Shown: positions 23,879-35,239 of the stretch, piece after piece
How positions within the stretch are numbered: the first letter of the stretch is position 1
Layout of the letters: each line of letters begins with the position of its first letter
Assembly (NCBI GenBank): GCA_002269645.1
Contig: NIVC01001353.1
Location: 143,906-207,905 of the forward strand
Direction of reading: 5' to 3'
Length of the DNA: 64,000 nucleotides
From: Macrostomum lignano
Lineage: Eukaryota
The notes under the pieces: model-generated
What the model saw: the letters and a program-made list of their open reading frames with translations, nothing else
Databases searched by the model: none
Told to the model about the DNA's origin: nothing
Made by a program: the position numbers and the translations under genes

Positions 23879-26069
23879 AGAGTTTTAATAAGTCAATTAT
23901 ATACGAACGGATGTTAAATGTTGCAGAAGTTCCTGGTTCCTGGTTCATTACTCTTTTGAACGTTTTTAAGCTAGTGCAATTATAAAATATTTCTCATAGT
24001 GAGATTCGAAATTAACTCTCTTTATACATGTAGCCCCCAAATTGAAGTGCAAACTTGGGATTGTTCGTTCTGTTTTGTATTGTTTGCAGTGGACAACCCG
24101 CCCTTTAAAACATTAGTCAAGCATTTAGCTTAAGCTGTCTATTTCCATTGAATTATTCTTTGCTGTACTCGCCAGTAGGCTATCTCGCTAGTGGGCGTTA
24201 TTTACTCATACGCTGCAGAGCGCATGTTGCCTTATGAAAACTTTACAAAGTGTCCTAACGAAGAAATCGCTACATATATAATGTTTCATATATAAAACTG
24301 GTGAAGATGGTGAAAAAAGGATACGGATATACAGTGTATATATAGATAAACAGCACATATATTATATATATATAGATATATGTATTAGGACGCAAAGGGG
24401 AGACGACCCCTTTGCGCGCACGTGCTCGCAGAACGGGCGGGAGGGGCCGGCAGCAGCAGCAGCTGAGGGTCAGCGCAAGCGCGCCTGAAAGTCTGCGATG
24501 AGCTGTCAGTCAGAGTGGCAGTGCGGGCGTGGCCGCGGCGCAATTGCTCGCGGTCGGCCGGTGCAGCAGGGCCAGGGCCAGAGGGACGGCGCTCCGCGGT
24601 CCAGGGTCCGTAGGAAGTGGCCCAGCAGCATCTCACGGCGCCATGCAGCGCAGGGTAGCGCTGGGGCGAAGCTTCGGAGCGCGGGTCATCAGAAGCGGTA
24701 ACGCATGCAAGCAGCGATCGGTAGAGAAACGTACACAAATACGAGTGTTTCAGATCGAGTATGGTGAAACGCTGAAGCGCTGTTTTTGAACAATTTGCAT
24801 GGTAAACAGCACTTGAACCCTCTCTGAGTTTCGATCTCAACATCTCCTCAGAAGGCTCCGGTCTAATAATACCCCCTCATATTGTGTATCTCAGGACATT
24901 CCTATTACACAGTTTGCTTTTGCCACATGCACCTGTTGCTATAGACATAAATATATAGTTACATTAACAATAGGTAGCAAGGTCAAGGGTGACTTACATT
25001 GTAAAAGTACAATGTAAGTTTAATTCTACTTCGCAGTGTGCACATACTATCACAAAATTGAATGCAACAATTGAGAAAGCGCGAATACGAAAGCAACGAT
25101 ATAGAGAAAAAATTAATTACAGCATGAAGGAAAACAGCTTCATTGAAATTTTGAGAAATGACGAAAAATGGTAAACTATTTTTAGCTATGTTAAAGGCCA
25201 GATTAGTACAAATATTTCAAATATGATACGTTAGTTTTAACGAAGAAACTAGATAATATAAAGTAAAACCAAAGTAAAAGAGACTCTCATGAGGAAGTTG
25301 TGTAAAAATGGTAATAAAAAATTCTTTAGTAATTAAAAACATCGCTGCAATGAATAAAAATTTGACTCATTTTTATTGTATATTTTGGAGACACGGTCAT
25401 GGCGAATTCGACATTCGAGACTCATAGATTCATGACTGACTGACGTACGGCCGGAGACTGAACACCATAAACTGATAAACAGTTTTTATATAGGGCTATA
25501 TTTTGGCACTAAATATTGATGTTTAAGGCTAGCAGCTAGGTTAGGATATCCACTTAACAGCTCTTTATATTAAGCGCATTATTTTTTGTGACCAATTTTT
25601 TGCCAGTTTTGAGTTTTGCCTATAGGCTATAGGCTAGCCATCGTCATTATTGGCATTGGTCGCATTTTTATGGTGGTATAGTTGCATTCGCCTGTCGTCA
25701 ACCTTGGCTTAATTCTTTGTTATGCTAAGCTTCATAGGCCTAGCTAGCCTAGTGTTTCTGGTTTCTATAGGCATAATCTAAGCCCTAATACTAATACTAA
25801 TAGAAAAATGATAAAAATGAAATGGTCTGGTCTGGACTCTGGACTCTGGGCCTACAATCATTTTGTCTAACAAATATTAAGTAAACAACGTTAAATTTAG
25901 TGTATAAAAAGATGCTTAGATGGTGATAAGATAGGCCCCTAACTAAATCATTTCCTAATATTTTTGACAACTAATGTTAGAAGTAGCATCCATAAATCAT
26001 GACCATGTACTAAAATGGTTTATAAATAGGGCCTATGGCTATAAGTGTATATAGGCCTATGCATGTGTA

Positions 26070-26690
26070 TGATTGATTTTAGAAAAAATTGCTTAATTGC
26101 TTTTCTTCAAACTTGACTATTCTATATTCAATATTTTTTCCCATAATGCCATATATATAGGGGCCTATGTCTTGCCTAAGTCCCAAGAAATTGCTCAATA
26201 CTAGGCTAAAGTCTTTAGTAGAGTTTAATTTTAAAAGTCTAAAAATATGCATTTTTGCAAACCCAAAGTGGCTAGCTGCAAAGGTCAAGTAGACTTTTCA
26301 ATTTGAAATGCAGTAAAAGAATGCTAAAGAGAAAAAACTGCTTGACTAAATTCTGATTCTAATGAAGATTATATCATCAAATAAATTATAACTCTAGTCT
26401 AACATGAATTAAATTAATGTTAAAAATACAGTGTGGAAGCATTAGCAAGAGACCTAATTTAGATTGCATAATTCTATTATTGATTTTAATCTGGATTGAT
26501 ACTAATTGCCTTTTACTTTAACTGATTTAGTATAAAGGTTGAATTATAAGTGGTACATTGTACAATTAATTTTTAATAAAATTGATTAAAGCAAGCTTAG
26601 ATGCAAACAAACTAAACTAAAGCCTACTAATGCAATGATCTGGGTTCAAGTCTTAGTAAATAATAAAATATTTTATTAAAGCTTTTATTT
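26070..26690. mobile_element. Dispersed repeat, copy B (inverted relative to copy A, heavily C>T/G>A mutated)
   Basis: Its reverse complement aligns colinearly with 22690-23200, e.g. CAAGTTTGAAGAAAA, GCATTTCA..TTGAAA..CTTGACCTTTGCA, TACTAAGA..GAACCCAG. Confidence 0.8.
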
Positions 26691-27400
26691 AAGGATTTAT
26701 TAGGGTCTAAATAAAAGGATTATTGCACTAAATAAGAAAAGGATTATTGCACTTTTTGTATCTTCTCTTAGATAGCTACTAACTCAAAATGCAAATGCAA
26801 CTCAAACTTAATTCAAAAACTCATATAATTCATCTACTAGCAGACAAAAAGGGAGTCACATCACAAGCTCAAAAAGTCACATTTGTTGAAAAGTTATCCA
26901 TTATCACAAGCTTGAAAAGTCAAAATCTCAAAAAAACTCTCAAGCTTAGAAAGTCACATAACATCATTGAAAACTGATTTAGTAGCCACAAAATTTTATC
27001 TTTAAAAATTAAAAAATAATGTCATAAATTATATATTAATAAATTTATTTTTAAAATCTATAATATTCTTGTTACCTGGAATGATATAACTATTGCAGGC
27101 TATCAAGCATTGCAGAAAAAGGCCAATGGGGTAAATGGCAAAAGTTTTTAACCCTTGAGACTGTTAGGCATTTTTATAGACTAATTTTTCTATCAGTGTT
27201 ACAAAATTCAAAAATTAACTGCTTTACATCAGTACAGTGAAGGAGACAGATCAAAAATTGATGAAGGAATTAATGCACCTGTGGTTTTATACAAGTCATA
27301 CATGCGCAACCTCTGATTTACACTGGCCATGTGACTTACTTTTTGACCAAAAATGCGACTTACCTGCGAAAAAAACCCTAAAGCAAGAATTAATGCTTTT

Positions 27401-27463
27401 GGGTAAATGGCAGGAGTAACTCGAGTGTCTTATTAGGGATAAATGCCTCGTCATCTAATTAGT
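27401..27463 (+). pseudogene. Decayed 28S rRNA fragment (helix 69-71 region)
   Basis: GGGTAAATGGCAGGAGTAAC matches 28S GGGTAAACGGCGGGAGTAAC at 18/20. It is followed, 20 nt later (21 in rRNA), by an exact 23-mer AAATGCCTCGTCATCTAATTAGT. Confidence 0.75.
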
Positions 27464-27620
27464 ACTGCGTTAATATTTTTCTTGTGGGCATTTTTGCGAC
27501 TTACCTTGGCTGGGCCCCTCGCCAGCCAGTCGGTTGTTGCGCATGTGTGTTCATAGTTTAGCTTGCATTTAGTGGTGTTTGCTAATCAAGCTAATGAAGT
27601 CTCACCACCTTCTTCGCAGA

Positions 27621-30600
27621 ATGAACCGGGCAGGGCAGCAGCAAGTCCAGAAGGAGAGCAGCGGCGCCAATGCGGCTGGCAAGCCGGTCGCGCAGGCCGT
27701 TGAACAGCCAGCGGCGGCTGCCGCCGGCGTGGCCACTGCAGGCGGCGCCGGGAACGGCGGCGGGAGCAACAACAACAACATCGCCGCCGGGGCTGGCGCG
27801 GCCAGCAGCAAGGTGCGCAGGGGCACCCGCGCCGGCCACAAACGGAGGATGGAAGCCACTGCCGGCTCTGCGGCCGCTGGCGGACCAGCTGGACAGCTGC
27901 AGCAGCAACAGCAGCCGGTTCCGCAGCAGCAGCCAAAGCAGCAGCCTGTGCAGAAGCAGACACAGCAGCAACAGGCGCAGCAGCCAAAGCAGCCTCAGCA
28001 GCAACAGCCGCCTAAGCAATCGCAGCAACAGCAACAAACTAATAAGCCAACGAACAAACACCAGCAGCAACAGAAGCCTCAGCAGAAGCAGCAATCACAG
28101 CAGCAGCCCAAGCAGCTGCAACAGCAGCAGCAAAAGCAACAGCCACAGCAGAAGCAAACGCAGCAGCAGCAGAAGCAAGTTCAGCAGCCGCAAAAGCGAA
28201 GGCAATACTCTCGCGAGCAACTGATGAAGCTGCAGGTGGCGAATCTGTCCAAGCTGTGGCCTCGGGAGCTCAACAGGGCCTTCATTGGCGACGGCGGCCT
28301 GTGGGATCCTGTCAAGCTTTTTGACGGGGACAAGAAAGGCAGCGATACGACCACCAGGTCCAAGATGATCAAAGGCGGTAAGTAGCTGGAAGGTAGAGCG
28401 CTGAAAGTCTGGAGGATAGCGCGAGCGCTGAAGTTCTAAAGTTAGTGGGGCGCTGAAGGACCAGAAGGTAGGGGAGGGGCGCTGAAGGACCAGGTAGTGG
28501 GGGCGCTGAAGGACCAGAAAGTAGTGGGGGCGCTGAAGGACCAGAAGGTAGTGGGGGGCGCTGAAAGACCAGAAGGTTGTGGGGGCGCTGAAGGACCAGA
28601 AGGTAGTGGGGGCGCTGAAGGACCAGAAGGTAGTGGGGGCGCTGAAGGACCAGAAGGTAGTTGGGGGGCGCTGAAGGACCAGAAGGTAGTGGGGGGCGCT
28701 GAAGGACCAGAAGGTAGTGGGGGCGCTGAAGGACGAGAAGGTAGTGGGGGCGCTGAAGGATCAGAAGGTAGTGGGGGGGGGGGCTGAAGGACCAGAAGGT
28801 AGTGGGGGCGCTGAATGACCAGAAGGTAGTGGGGGGCGCTGAAGGACCAGAAGGTTGTGGGGGCGCTGAAGGACCAGAAGGTAGTGGGGGCGCTGAAGGA
28901 CCAGAAGGTAGTGGGGGCGCTGAAGGACCAGAAGGTAGTTGGGGGGGCGCTGAAGGACCAGAAGGTAGTGGGGGGCGCTGAAGGACCAGAAGGTAGTGGG
29001 GGGGGGGCGCTGAAGGACCAGAAGGTAGTGGGGGCGCTGAAGGACCAGAAGGTAGTGGGGGGGACGCTGAAGGACCAGAAGATAGTGGGGGCGCTGAAGG
29101 ACCAGAAGGTAGTGGGGGCGCTGAAGGAACAGAAGGTAGTGGGGGGGCGCTGAAGGACCAGAAGGTAGTGGGGGCGCTGAAGGACCAGAAGGTAGTGGGG
29201 GGCGCTGAAGGACCAGAAGGTAGTGGGGGGGGCGCTGAAGGACCAAAAGGTAGTGGGGGGCGCTGAAGGACCAGAAGGTAGTGGGGGCGCTGAAGGAACA
29301 GAAGGTAGTGGGGGGCGCTGAAGGACCAGAAGGTAGTGGGGGCGCTGAAGGACCAGAAGGTAGTGGGGGGGGCGCTGAAGGACCAGAAGGTAGTGGGGCG
29401 CTGAAGGACCAGAAGGTAGTGGGGGTGCTGAAGGACCAGAAGGTAGTGGGGGGGGCGCTGAAGGACCAGAAGGTAGTGGGGGCGCTGAAGGACGAGAAGG
29501 TAGTGGGGGGGCGCTGAAGGACCAAAAGGTAGTGGGGGGGCGCTGAAGGACCAGAAGGTAGTGGGGGGGCGCTGAAGGACCAGAAGGTAGTGGGGGGCGC
29601 TGAAGGACCAGAAGGTAGTGGGGGGGGCGCTGAAGGACCAGAAGGTAGTGGGGGCGCTGAAGGACCAGAAGGTAGTGGGGGCGCTGAAGGACCAGAAGGT
29701 AGTGGGGGGGGCGCTGAAGGACCAGAAGGTAGTGGGGGCGCTGAAGGACCAGAAGGTTGTGGGGGCGCTAAAGGACCAGAAGGTTGTTGGGGCGCTGAAG
29801 GACCAGAAGGTAGTGGGGGCGCTGAAGGACCAGAAGGTAGTGGGGGCGCTGAAGGACCAGAAGGTAGTGGGGCGCTGAAGGACCAGAAGGTAGTGGGGGC
29901 GCTGAAGGACCAGAAGGTAGTGGGGGCGCTGAAGGACCAGAAGGTTGTTGGGGCGCTGAAGGACCAGAAGGTAGTGGGGGCGCTGAAGGACCAGAAGGTA
30001 GTGGGGGGGGGCGCTGAAGGACCAGAAGGTAGTGGGGGCGCTGAAGGACCAGAAGGTTGTTGGGGCGCTGAAGGACCAGAAGGTAGTGGGGGCGCTGAAG
30101 GACCAGAAGGTAGTGGGGGGGCGCTGAAGGACCAGAAGGTAGTGGGGGGGGGCGCTGAAGGACCAAAAGGTAGTGGGGGCGCTGAAGGACCAGAAGGTTG
30201 TGGGGGCGCTGAAGGATCAGAAGGTAGTGGGGGGGGGCGCTGAAGGACCAGAAGGTTGTTGGGGCGCTGAAGGACCAGAAGGTAGTGGGGACGCTGAAGG
30301 ACCAGAAGGTAGTGGGGGCGCTGAAGGACCAGAAGGTAGTGGGGGCGCTGAAGGACCAGAAGGTAGTGGGGGCGCTGAAGGACCAGAAGGTTGTTGGGGC
30401 GCTGAAGGACCAGAAGGTAGTGGGGGCGCTGAAGGACCAGAAGGTAGTGGGGGGGGCGCTGAAGGACCAAAGGTAGGGGGGGGGCGCTGAAGGACCAGAA
30501 GGTTGTGGGGGCGCTGAAGGATCAGAAGGTAGTGGGGGGGGGCGCTAAAGGACCAGAAGGTAGTGGGGGCGCTGAAGGACCAGAAGGTAGTGGGGGGCGC

Positions 30601-33600
30601 TGAAGGACCAGAAGGTTGTTGGGGCGCTGAAGGAACGGAAGGTAGTGGGTGCGCTAAAGCTCTGGAGGTATTGGGGGGGGGGGCGCGCTGAAGCTCTGGA
30701 GGTATTGGGGGGGTGCGCTGAAGCTCTGAAGGTATTGGGGGGGGTGGCGCTGAAGCTCTGAAGGTAGTGGGGGCGCTGAAGGACCGGAAAGTAGCGAGGG
30801 GCGCTAAAGGATCTTAAACATAAGAAGTAGAATAACTAAAGTAAGAGGTAAAAATTGGCAACTTCACCGCTACAGACCGCGGCAAGGACGACGGCATCGT
30901 GCTGGGTCCGCAGAAGCGCACCTGGGGACTGGGTTGCAATCCTCACCGTGCCAAGACTGCTGCTGAGGCCGATGGTAGTCGCGAACGCGGCGACTCCGAC
31001 CACTCGGCGGCTTCCACCCCGACGCCGATGTCGGAAACGGCGTCGGCAACGTCCGCAGCCAATGCCGCTGCTACGGCTGCGGCTTCGACAGCAGCGGCAG
31101 CGGCAGCGGCAGCAGCGGCGTCGGCGTCAGCTTCAGGCAAGCCGAGCCGCCGTATCGAGCGGCCGGCGCGCTTCCCCGCCAGCGCCGGGCAGTGGGAGCG
31201 AAGCCAACGGCCTCGGGAGATCGTGCCCCAGCAGCAGCAGTCGGTACAGCGCGGCGGCGGCGGCTCCTACTATAACGACAGCGAAACCCCTGCTTGGTTT
31301 GATGAGGGCCCGCTGGATAAGCTCGAGAAGCTGGAGCTCACCGGCCTGCCCGAGGAGTCGGCGCCGAGGCGAGCCCCGCGCCCGCAGCCCGCGGCTCCGG
31401 CGGCCAAGCCTGAGCCAGCCGAGTCAGCGGCCCCGGCCGCGGCTGCAGCAACCGCCTCGTCGGCAGCGACAACGGCAACAACTTCGGCGAAGTCCGCGGA
31501 GACGGCCAAATCAGTGGCGAAGGAGCCTCCGGCAGCTTCAACAGCTGTTAAATCGCAGGCGCCAGCGCCGCCGCCGCCGCCGCCACCGCCCTCCCAGCCA
31601 GCGTCGAAAGCTGAGAAGTCGGCCTCAGCCGACTCTGCTTTCCCCCCACCGCTGGATTTTGACCTGTCCGACCTCCTGATGCCGGTGCTGGCGGAGGCCG
31701 ACGAGCAGCCAGTTGTTGCCGCACCCTCCCGCATGTCGAAGTGGCTCAGCGCCGACTCTGGCGACGCCGCTCCCCCACCAATGAGGCCGCCGACTGCCCA
31801 GGTTCCGGCAACCGCCGCTGCCGCTCCGGCGCCGAAACCGGCTTCTGCGCCAGCTAAGAAGCCGGCGCCAAGCGCTGATGTTGTGCAACTGCAGCAGATG
31901 CTGCTGAAGGATCTGCGCATCGGTCAGCAGAACAAACCTCAGCCTCAGCAACAGCCCCAGCCTCCTCAGCCTCTTCTGCCTCAGCCTCAGCAGCAGCCCC
32001 AGCAGCCTGCAGCTCAGTCAGCTGCGCCAAATCGCCAGTTGGACGCTCGAGAAGTTGAAGCCAACATCAAGTCGCTGCTGTTTGGTAGCCTAAAAGCTGG
32101 CGGCGGGGCCGCTGCCACCCCAGCACCCGCCGTCGTCAGCGCCGCCGCCGCTCCTGTCGCTCCGTCCGCCACCCCGGCCCAGCTGCAGCCGCAGCAGCCG
32201 CGCCCGTTGCAGCCTCAGCAGTCGCAGCAGCGTCCGCAGGTTCTCCAGGCCAGGACCCTGGAGGAAATTGAAGGCTCCCTGGCTGGCGGTCACGGCGCCC
32301 CGGCTCCACCAGTGCAGCCTCCCGCCGGGCTGCGCGCTCTGACGTCTGGTGCTGCTGGGGCTTCGAATTCATCGGGTGACAGCGGCCAGGCGGCCATTCA
32401 GAAGCTGCTCAGTCAGCTGGCTGTACAGCAGCCTCAGCGTCAGCAGCAACAGCCACAGCAGCCGACACAGCAGCAGCAGCAGCAGCAGCTTCTACGACAG
32501 CAGCTGTTCCAGCAGCAGCAGCCGATGTCAATGGCTCTGTCATCATCGGCTACCGGCACGGCAGGGGTGCAGTCCGCGCCTCGCGGCGTCCACGCGCTCC
32601 GGCCGCAGAGTCTCCTGACTCCTCAGCAGCAGCAACAGCAACAGCAGATGCCCCTGATGCAGCTGCAGCAGCTGCAGACAGCCTTGGCTATGCAAATGAA
32701 GGCCCAGTTGATGCAGCCACAGCAGCTGCAGGCTGGAAACTTTCTGCCGCAGGTGAATAATTTGATGTGTGCCGCCACTATCAGTATTCCAATCCTTTGA
32801 TGTGTGCCGCCACTATCAGCATTCAAATTCTTTGATGTGTGCCGCCATTATAAACATTCCAATCCTCTATTGTGTGCCGCCACTATCAGAATTCCAATCC
32901 TTTGATGTGTGCCGCCATTATAAACATTCCAATCCTCTATTGTGTGCCGGCACTATCAGAATTCCAATCCTTTGATGTGTGCCGCCACTATCAGCATTCC
33001 AATTCTTTGATGTGCCGCCACTATCAGAATTCCAATCCTTTGATGTGTGCCGCCACTATCAGCATTCCAATTCTTTGATGTGTGCCGCCACTATCAGAAT
33101 TCCAATCCTCTGTTGTGTGCCGCCACAATCAGCATTCCAATTCTTTGATGTGTGCCGCCACTATCAGCATTCTAATCCTTTGATGTGTGCCGCCACTATC
33201 AGCATTCTAATCCTCTGCTGTGTGCCGCCACTATCAGCATTCTAATGCTTTTATGTGTGCCGCCACTATCAGCATTCTAATCCTTTGATGTGTGCCGCCA
33301 CTATCAGCATTCCAATCCTTTGATGTGTGTCGCCACTATCAGCATTCCAATTCTCTGCTGTGTGCCGCCACTATCAGCATTCTAATCCTTTGATGTGTGC
33401 CGCCACTATCAGAATTCCAATCCTTTGATGTGTGCCGCCACTATCAGCATTCCAATCCTTTTTTGTGTGTATATTAATAAATTTCGAGCCTCGCAATTTA
33501 GATTTAAATCAGATATGAGTCAGTGCAACAAACTCTCGAATTTTCAGGCATTTCGTTGGTATAGAGCCGTGGTAGGTATCCGTTATAATTGACAATAAAA

Positions 33601-35023
33601 TGTTTTATTTTGTTCAATTTAAAGTTCGCCGTTCTCCCCGCGCTTTTGTAGTTTTTCAGTTTTTTAAAGTTGACAAAATGACAGTGTGTTTTCTGTTAGA
33701 GGCGACTGCCTCAATCAGGGACACTAACGTTCTTGTTTAAAGGCTACTGTAGCAGGAAGGTTGAATGACATTCCAGACACATTGCTTCATCAATAGCATT
33801 AGTTTTATATTGAAATGCATAAGCCTGACCTTCAACTCTTGCATGCCTAAAGCACTCGTTCTCTCTCAATCTGATAATTCATTGACTGGTTCGCACTCCG
33901 TCTTCACGCGCAGAACAACGCTGTGCAAGGCAGCCGCATCATCAGCCAGCAGCAGCAGTTGCAGCAGCAGCTTCAGCAGCAGCAGCACCAGCCCATGTTC
34001 AGCCCCGGACATTCGGCTGCCAGCTCTGACTCCGCTGTAATCGACGGCGCCAAACCCTGGGACCCGGTGCAGCCGATGTCTCGCAGGCCTATCACTAAGA
34101 GTGTGAGTCATTTATTGTCGACAGATGTCACTCCTCTCGGTCGTATTACTCTTTGCTGTGCACTTCTGTTCTTGTCACTCCCTCCTGTCACTCCCGTCAC
34201 TCCCTCCTGTCACTCCCGTCACTCCCTCCTGTCACTCCCGTCACTCCCTCCTGTCACTCCCTCCTGTCACTCCCGTCACTCCCTCCTGTCACTCCCTCCT
34301 GTCACTCCCGTCACTCCCTCCTGTCACTCCTTCCTATCACTCCCGTCACTCCTGTCACTCCCGTCACTCCCTCCTGTCACTCCCGTCACTCCCTCCTGTC
34401 ACTCCCGTCACTCCTGTAACTCCCTCCCGTCACTCGTCGTCGTCACTCCCTCCTGTCACTCCACCCCGTCTCGTCGCACTCCCCATCTGCTGTGGTTCCT
34501 CATCATTTCAATTGGTTTCCCAGCCAGCAGCTTGGCATCCAGCTCGGCAACCGCTGATTCCCCCTCCTCATCCCCGCTACTCCAACTGCAGGGCTTCACT
34601 GGCGGCCCTCAGCAGCCGCAGCAGCCGCTGCCGCATGCTCTTCTTCCCGCCGCCAGCAGTGGAAGCGTCGGCGGCTTGCGCCCTGCCCAGCAGCTCCCGC
34701 AGAACTGGCCGCCCGCCAGTGCCGCCGGCGCGCCCAGCAGCTCTCAGCAGTTCTCAATATCCTCCTGGAATTCCGCCAGCTCCGCCGGCGTTCCCAGCAG
34801 CTCTCAGCACTTCTCAATATCCTCCTGGAATTCCGCCAGCGCCGGCGGCGGCATCAGGATTGCTCCGCCATCTGCAACCGCCGGCTGGGGCGTCATCGGC
34901 CAGGGCGGTGGTGTCGGCGGCATTGTCGCGACCTCGTCGCCACAGACGTCAACCGCCGGCCGCCTGCCGCCGGAGTCGCTGGCGCCCGGCAGCGATCGGC
35001 GCCAGGCCAAGGCGGCCGACTGA
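27621..35023 (+). CDS. EIF4ENIF1: eIF4E transporter (4E-T / Cup family), 4 exons, about 1084 aa
   Basis: Exons 27621-28377, 30876-32752, 33914-34102 and 34592-35023 join in frame (phases 1,0,0). Canonical YSREQLM (YxxxxL-phi) followed by ...DGGLWDP; Cup-homology-like [14 protein letters not shown]; [17 protein letters not shown] motif. The exon 4 acceptor choice is less certain. Confidence 0.85.
28400..30810. repeat. About 27-bp minisatellite GGCGCTGAAGGACCAGAAGGTAGT(G)n filling 4E-T intron 1
   Basis: About 85-90 copies with a variable G-run. Confidence 0.97.
32762..33452. repeat. About 35-bp minisatellite TGATGTGTGCCGCCACTATCAGCATTCCAATCCTT, 4E-T intron 2
   Basis: About 19 copies, starting 9 nt after the donor site. 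Confidence 0.95.
34175..34460. repeat. 13/9-bp pyrimidine-rich minisatellite (ACTCCCTCCTGTC / ACTCCCGTC), 4E-T intron 3
   Basis: Tandem copies read directly. Confidence 0.9.
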
Positions 35024-35239
35024 CTTTGCGTCGGCTCCTCTTGACACTGCCGGCTGCCTGCCGAAGATTGTGCCGCTACTTTTTGCGCTACCGCAACCAG
35101 CGTGCGATGGTTCCGTTTCTATGGCGCGGCCCCGTGTGTTTCTATGCCCGACATCCCCGTCTGTTCTGGCGTTCTGAGCAGCAGCAATTTGCGCTGGCAC
35201 GTCGGCTTGCAGTGTTGCTGTCTCACTAATGCTCTGCTG

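Noticed and set aside
28497-30490. Collagen-like GAEGPEGSG ORFs
   Set aside because: Satellite within 4E-T intron 1; the frame shifts constantly with G-run length.
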